Shown here: positions 31,834-32,000 of the stretch, piece after piece
Layout of the letters: every line of letters starts with the position of its first letter
How positions within the stretch are numbered: the first letter of the stretch is position 1
Assembly: GCF_003351905.1 (NCBI RefSeq)
Contig: NZ_CP022339.1
Location: forward strand, 300,001-332,000
Length of the DNA: 32,000 nucleotides
Source of the DNA: Candidatus Saccharimonadota bacterium
GTDB taxonomy: Bacteria > Bacteroidota > Bacteroidia > Cytophagales > Amoebophilaceae
Direction: 5' to 3'
Translations under genes and position numbers: made by a program
Notes under the pieces: model-generated
Seen by the model: the letters and a program-made list of their open reading frames with translations, nothing else
The model's database searches: none
Told to the model about the DNA's origin: nothing

Positions 31834-31923
31834 GCTTTTTGCTTGATAAAAAGTGGACAAAAAACCATGGCACTGAGCACATACAATTAAAAGACTTTTG
31901 TCCAATTTTTTCAGGCCACTATA
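31834..31923. mobile_element. miniature IS3-derived element (two terminal inverted repeats with ~28 bp between, no ORF)
   Basis: The left arm cttgataaaaagtggacaaaaaa (31842-31864) faces the right arm gacttttgtccaattttttca (31893-31913). The arms match the solo repeat at 18619-18650 and the IS3 end at 10331-10351. Confidence 0.6.
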
Positions 31924-32000
31924 GATATATATTATTCGATATCAATGTTTTTTTTATGTTTTTTATATACGCTCATAAACTGTCGCATTCTTTTCTGTTG

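Overview
AT-rich bacterial window. The gene content looks like Bacteroidota. The very high load of decayed insertion sequences, the pseudogenes and the ankyrin-type genes suggest a host-associated or intracellular lineage of the Amoebophilus/Cardinium kind, but that is inference only. Two ordinary housekeeping blocks are present. One is metG at 105-1787. The other runs from 19.9 to 31.0 kb and contains rlmN, a malic enzyme, pheT, a small coiled-coil ORF, zapA, an FNR-like oxidoreductase and an M50 peptidase. Between them, at about 2.0-18.8 kb, lies a graveyard of mobile elements. It holds one near-complete IS256-family element and fragments of IS66 (three copies), IS3, IS481, IS982, IS110 and an Rpn/YhgA-like gene. 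It also holds three different group II introns, each sitting sense-oriented in or next to a transposase gene. For one of them, predicted splicing exactly restores the IS66 reading frame. The same region carries two paralogous AAA-ATPase-like/PD-(D/E)XK proteins (one intact, one cut by IS66), a leucine-dehydrogenase remnant and a frameshifted secreted ankyrin-repeat gene. The most unusual single gene is a 1193-1198 aa protein at 25536-29132 (minus strand). It joins a sodium:solute symporter core, extra TM helices, a degenerate histidine-kinase-like module and a degenerate RelA/SpoT-type HD domain. Other notable items are a ~90-bp nested-palindrome repeat (2 copies), miniature and solo IS inverted repeats, an alanine-rich lipoprotein gene with five 15-bp tandem repeats flanked by direct repeats, and a cluster of TACAAATT half-sites upstream of the symporter fusion. 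I recognised no rRNA, tRNA or CRISPR array. All calls rest on by-eye motif recognition; no searches were run.
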